Positions 24,728 through 25,861 of a stretch of DNA of 25,861 nucleotides are shown piece by piece (within the stretch, counting starts at the first letter, position 1; each line of letters starts with the position of its first letter). The stretch is from a virus. The position numbers were made by a program, and so were the translations under genes. A model generated the notes under the pieces. It did no database searches. It was not told the DNA's origin and saw only the letters and a program-made list of their open reading frames with translations. The stretch lies in IMG/VR virus record IMGVR_UViG_3300023234_000140; one strand, written 5' to 3'.

Positions 24728-24940
24728 ATGAACAATTATAATCAGAATGATGGCTCAGGTGCTTTTTCTAGGATGGCTAATGAGGTTACGGTTCTTGGAA
24801 CTCTCCATTCTGATACCCAAAGAGTCCGTAAAAAGGTTGTGTATGCAATCTGCCCAACACCCTATATCGTTAGAAATACCGATATAGTTCGGGGTGTTAT
24901 TGGTTGGGAAGCTCTGTGGGGTTTAGAGGTGAAAGAATGA
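24728..24940 (+). CDS. Hypothetical cassette ORF, GC-richer than its surroundings (track start 24716)
   Basis: GGGAG RBS; ends ...EVKE* in a junction motif. Confidence 0.45.
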   Translation: MNNYNQNDGSGAFSRMANEVTVLGTLHSDTQRVRKKVVYAICPTPYIVRNTDIVRGVIGWEALWGLEVKE

Positions 24941-25155
24941 TAGGAAAATTGGAAATTACTTCAAATGTAAAAGAAATAGATTTTATGGAAAGTGTTTTGA
25001 ACATGGCAAGTTCTGGATATGAAGGAAGTTGTTCTACTTCATTAATGTTTTATGCTTTATTACATTCATGGCACATTGATAAATTTGTTTATTACAATTA
25101 TTTAATTGAAGAAACAAAAAAGACATTCAACACCACAAGTGAGGTGAAAGAATGA
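24937..25155 (+). CDS. Cassette ORF (72 aa, MIGKLEITSNVKE...FNTTSEVKE)
   Basis: GAGGTG RBS and ATGA overlap. Confidence 0.6.
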   Translation: MIGKLEITSNVKEIDFMESVLNMASSGYEGSCSTSLMFYALLHSWHIDKFVYYNYLIEETKKTFNTTSEVKE

Positions 25156-25244
25156 GTGAAAATATGTTAGAAGAGATTAAGTCAGCTCTTACAATTATTG
25201 CAGGTTTAATGTTAGGGTTTGTATTGGGAGCGACCTATGGATAA
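25152..25244 (+). CDS. Single-TM micropeptide, copy 1 (30 aa, MSENMLEEIKSALTIIAGLMLGFVLGATYG)
   Basis: GAGGTG RBS; hydrophobic helix with GxxxG motifs. Confidence 0.6.
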   Translation: MSENMLEEIKSALTIIAGLMLGFVLGATYG

Positions 25245-25271
25245 TTCATTCAACACCACAGAGGTAAAAGA

Positions 25272-25430
25272 ATGAGTGAAACAATAATTTTAAATAAAGC
25301 TATTGAATGTTCAAGTTGTGTTGATTGGGATGTTTTAGTAACAGGAATAATAATTTTTTTAGTTGTTTATATTTTATTCGGCTTAATTGAATTAGCATAT
25401 ACTGTTTTACATAGGAGGGAAAATGATTAA
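25272..25430 (+). CDS. Single-TM microprotein with CxxC (52 aa, MSETIILNKAIECSSCVDWDVLVTGIIIF...)
   Basis: GAGGT RBS; manual translation. Confidence 0.6.
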   Translation: MSETIILNKAIECSSCVDWDVLVTGIIIFLVVYILFGLIELAYTVLHRREND

Positions 25431-25545
25431 AAAGATATTCGCAATCAACCTAGCACTTTTACTTTTAATACTTTGGAATGCAATTGATATTCGTAGAATT
25501 AGGAAATCATTAAACACCACAAGTGTGAATGGGAGTAAAGAATGA
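25423..25545 (+). CDS. Single-TM microprotein (40 aa, MIKKIFAINLALLLLILWNAIDIRRIRKSLNTTSVNGSKE)
   Basis: AGGAGG RBS; ends in a junction motif. Confidence 0.55.
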   Translation: MIKKIFAINLALLLLILWNAIDIRRIRKSLNTTSVNGSKE

Positions 25546-25634
25546 GTGAAAATATGTTAGAAGAGATTAAGTCAGCTCTTACAATTATTGCAGGTTTAAT
25601 GTTAGGGTTTGTATTGGGAGCGACCTATGGATAA
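25542..25634 (+). CDS. Single-TM micropeptide, copy 2 (identical to 25152-25244)
   Basis: Lies inside the exact repeat; GGGAG RBS. Confidence 0.6.
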   Translation: MSENMLEEIKSALTIIAGLMLGFVLGATYG

Positions 25635-25670
25635 TTCATTCAACACCACATTAACAAACAGGAGTAAAGA

Positions 25671-25861
25671 ATGAATCATAAAGAATTTAAATCAATCTGG
25701 GAATGGTGTTATGAATGTAAAGATAATTATGAAAGTTGTGATGGATGTTTAAGAGTAACATTATATAGATTACAAACTGATGTAGTAAAACCTGCATGGT
25801 TCAAAAGAGAATTAACTGAGATTGACAAATCAAGAATTAAATATAAAGAGAGAACGCAAAT
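25671..25861 (+). CDS. Four-Cys zinc-finger protein, truncated by the window edge (MNHKEFKSIWEWCYECKDNYESCDGCLR...)
   Basis: AGGAG RBS; same Cys spacing as 24531-24689. Confidence 0.6.
   Translation, partial: MNHKEFKSIWEWCYECKDNYESCDGCLRVTLYRLQTDVVKPAWFKRELTEIDKSRIKYKERTQ

Larger units (their letters stand above)
25147..25650 (+). repeat. Exact 114-bp direct repeat (25147-25260 and 25537-25650)
   Basis: Base-by-base identity from AAAGAATGAGTG to CAACACCACA, offset 390 bp. Confidence 0.9.
1..25861. mobile_element. Archaeal dsDNA virus or provirus genome segment, spindle-shaped-virus-like
   Basis: Contains paired small hydrophobic capsid-like genes, a Zot/pI-like ATPase, a LamG adhesin, a fibre protein, a primase-SF3 helicase, an SSB, a resolvase and many Zn-finger micro-ORFs. 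No housekeeping genes, terminase, portal or HK97 capsid gene were recognised. Confidence 0.85.

Noticed and set aside
25124-25680. Junction repeats as a mini-CRISPR array
   Set aside because: The repeats are bipartite with internal length variation, the intervening segments are 90-250 bp intact ORFs with RBSs, and no cas genes are present.
1-25861. Window as a complete circular genome (joining the ends closes the last ORF at a TAA at 20-22)
   Set aside because: No terminal repeat is visible, and any frame stops quickly in AT-rich DNA. It is compatible with circularity but is not evidence for it.

Overview
AT-rich, densely coded sequence that reads as most or all of an archaeal dsDNA virus genome. 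It is most similar in gene content to spindle- or lemon-shaped viruses; this is inferred from sequence motifs only, with no database search. Modules: (i) virion/membrane block (748-8758) with secreted and membrane proteins, a 1109-aa LamG/Ig adhesin, two tandem paralogous small capsid-like proteins and six tiny Lys/Arg-rich ORFs; (ii) leftward block (8821-12548) with a Zot/pI-like P-loop ATPase, a small serine recombinase, an AbrB-like regulator and membrane proteins; (iii) second structural block (12624-18887) with a basic 572-aa protein and a signal-peptide-bearing fibre protein; (iv) a structured ~215-nt non-coding element with its own TATA box (18901-19149); (v) replication block (19187-23987) with a multi-zinc-finger protein, a primase-polymerase/SF3 helicase carrying an internal inverted repeat with 9-bp-spaced repeats, and an OB-fold SSB; (vi) accessory micro-gene array (24081-25861) whose ORFs are joined by a conserved junction motif and include an exact 114-bp duplication. 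TATA-box promoters, GGAGG/GAGGTG ribosome-binding sites, a class III signal peptide and dense N-glycosylation sequons indicate an archaeal host. The style of the surface proteins suggests a DPANN host, which is inference. The strongest candidates for something undescribed are the junction-motif cassette array, the structured ncRNA, the basic microprotein array and the virus lineage itself.
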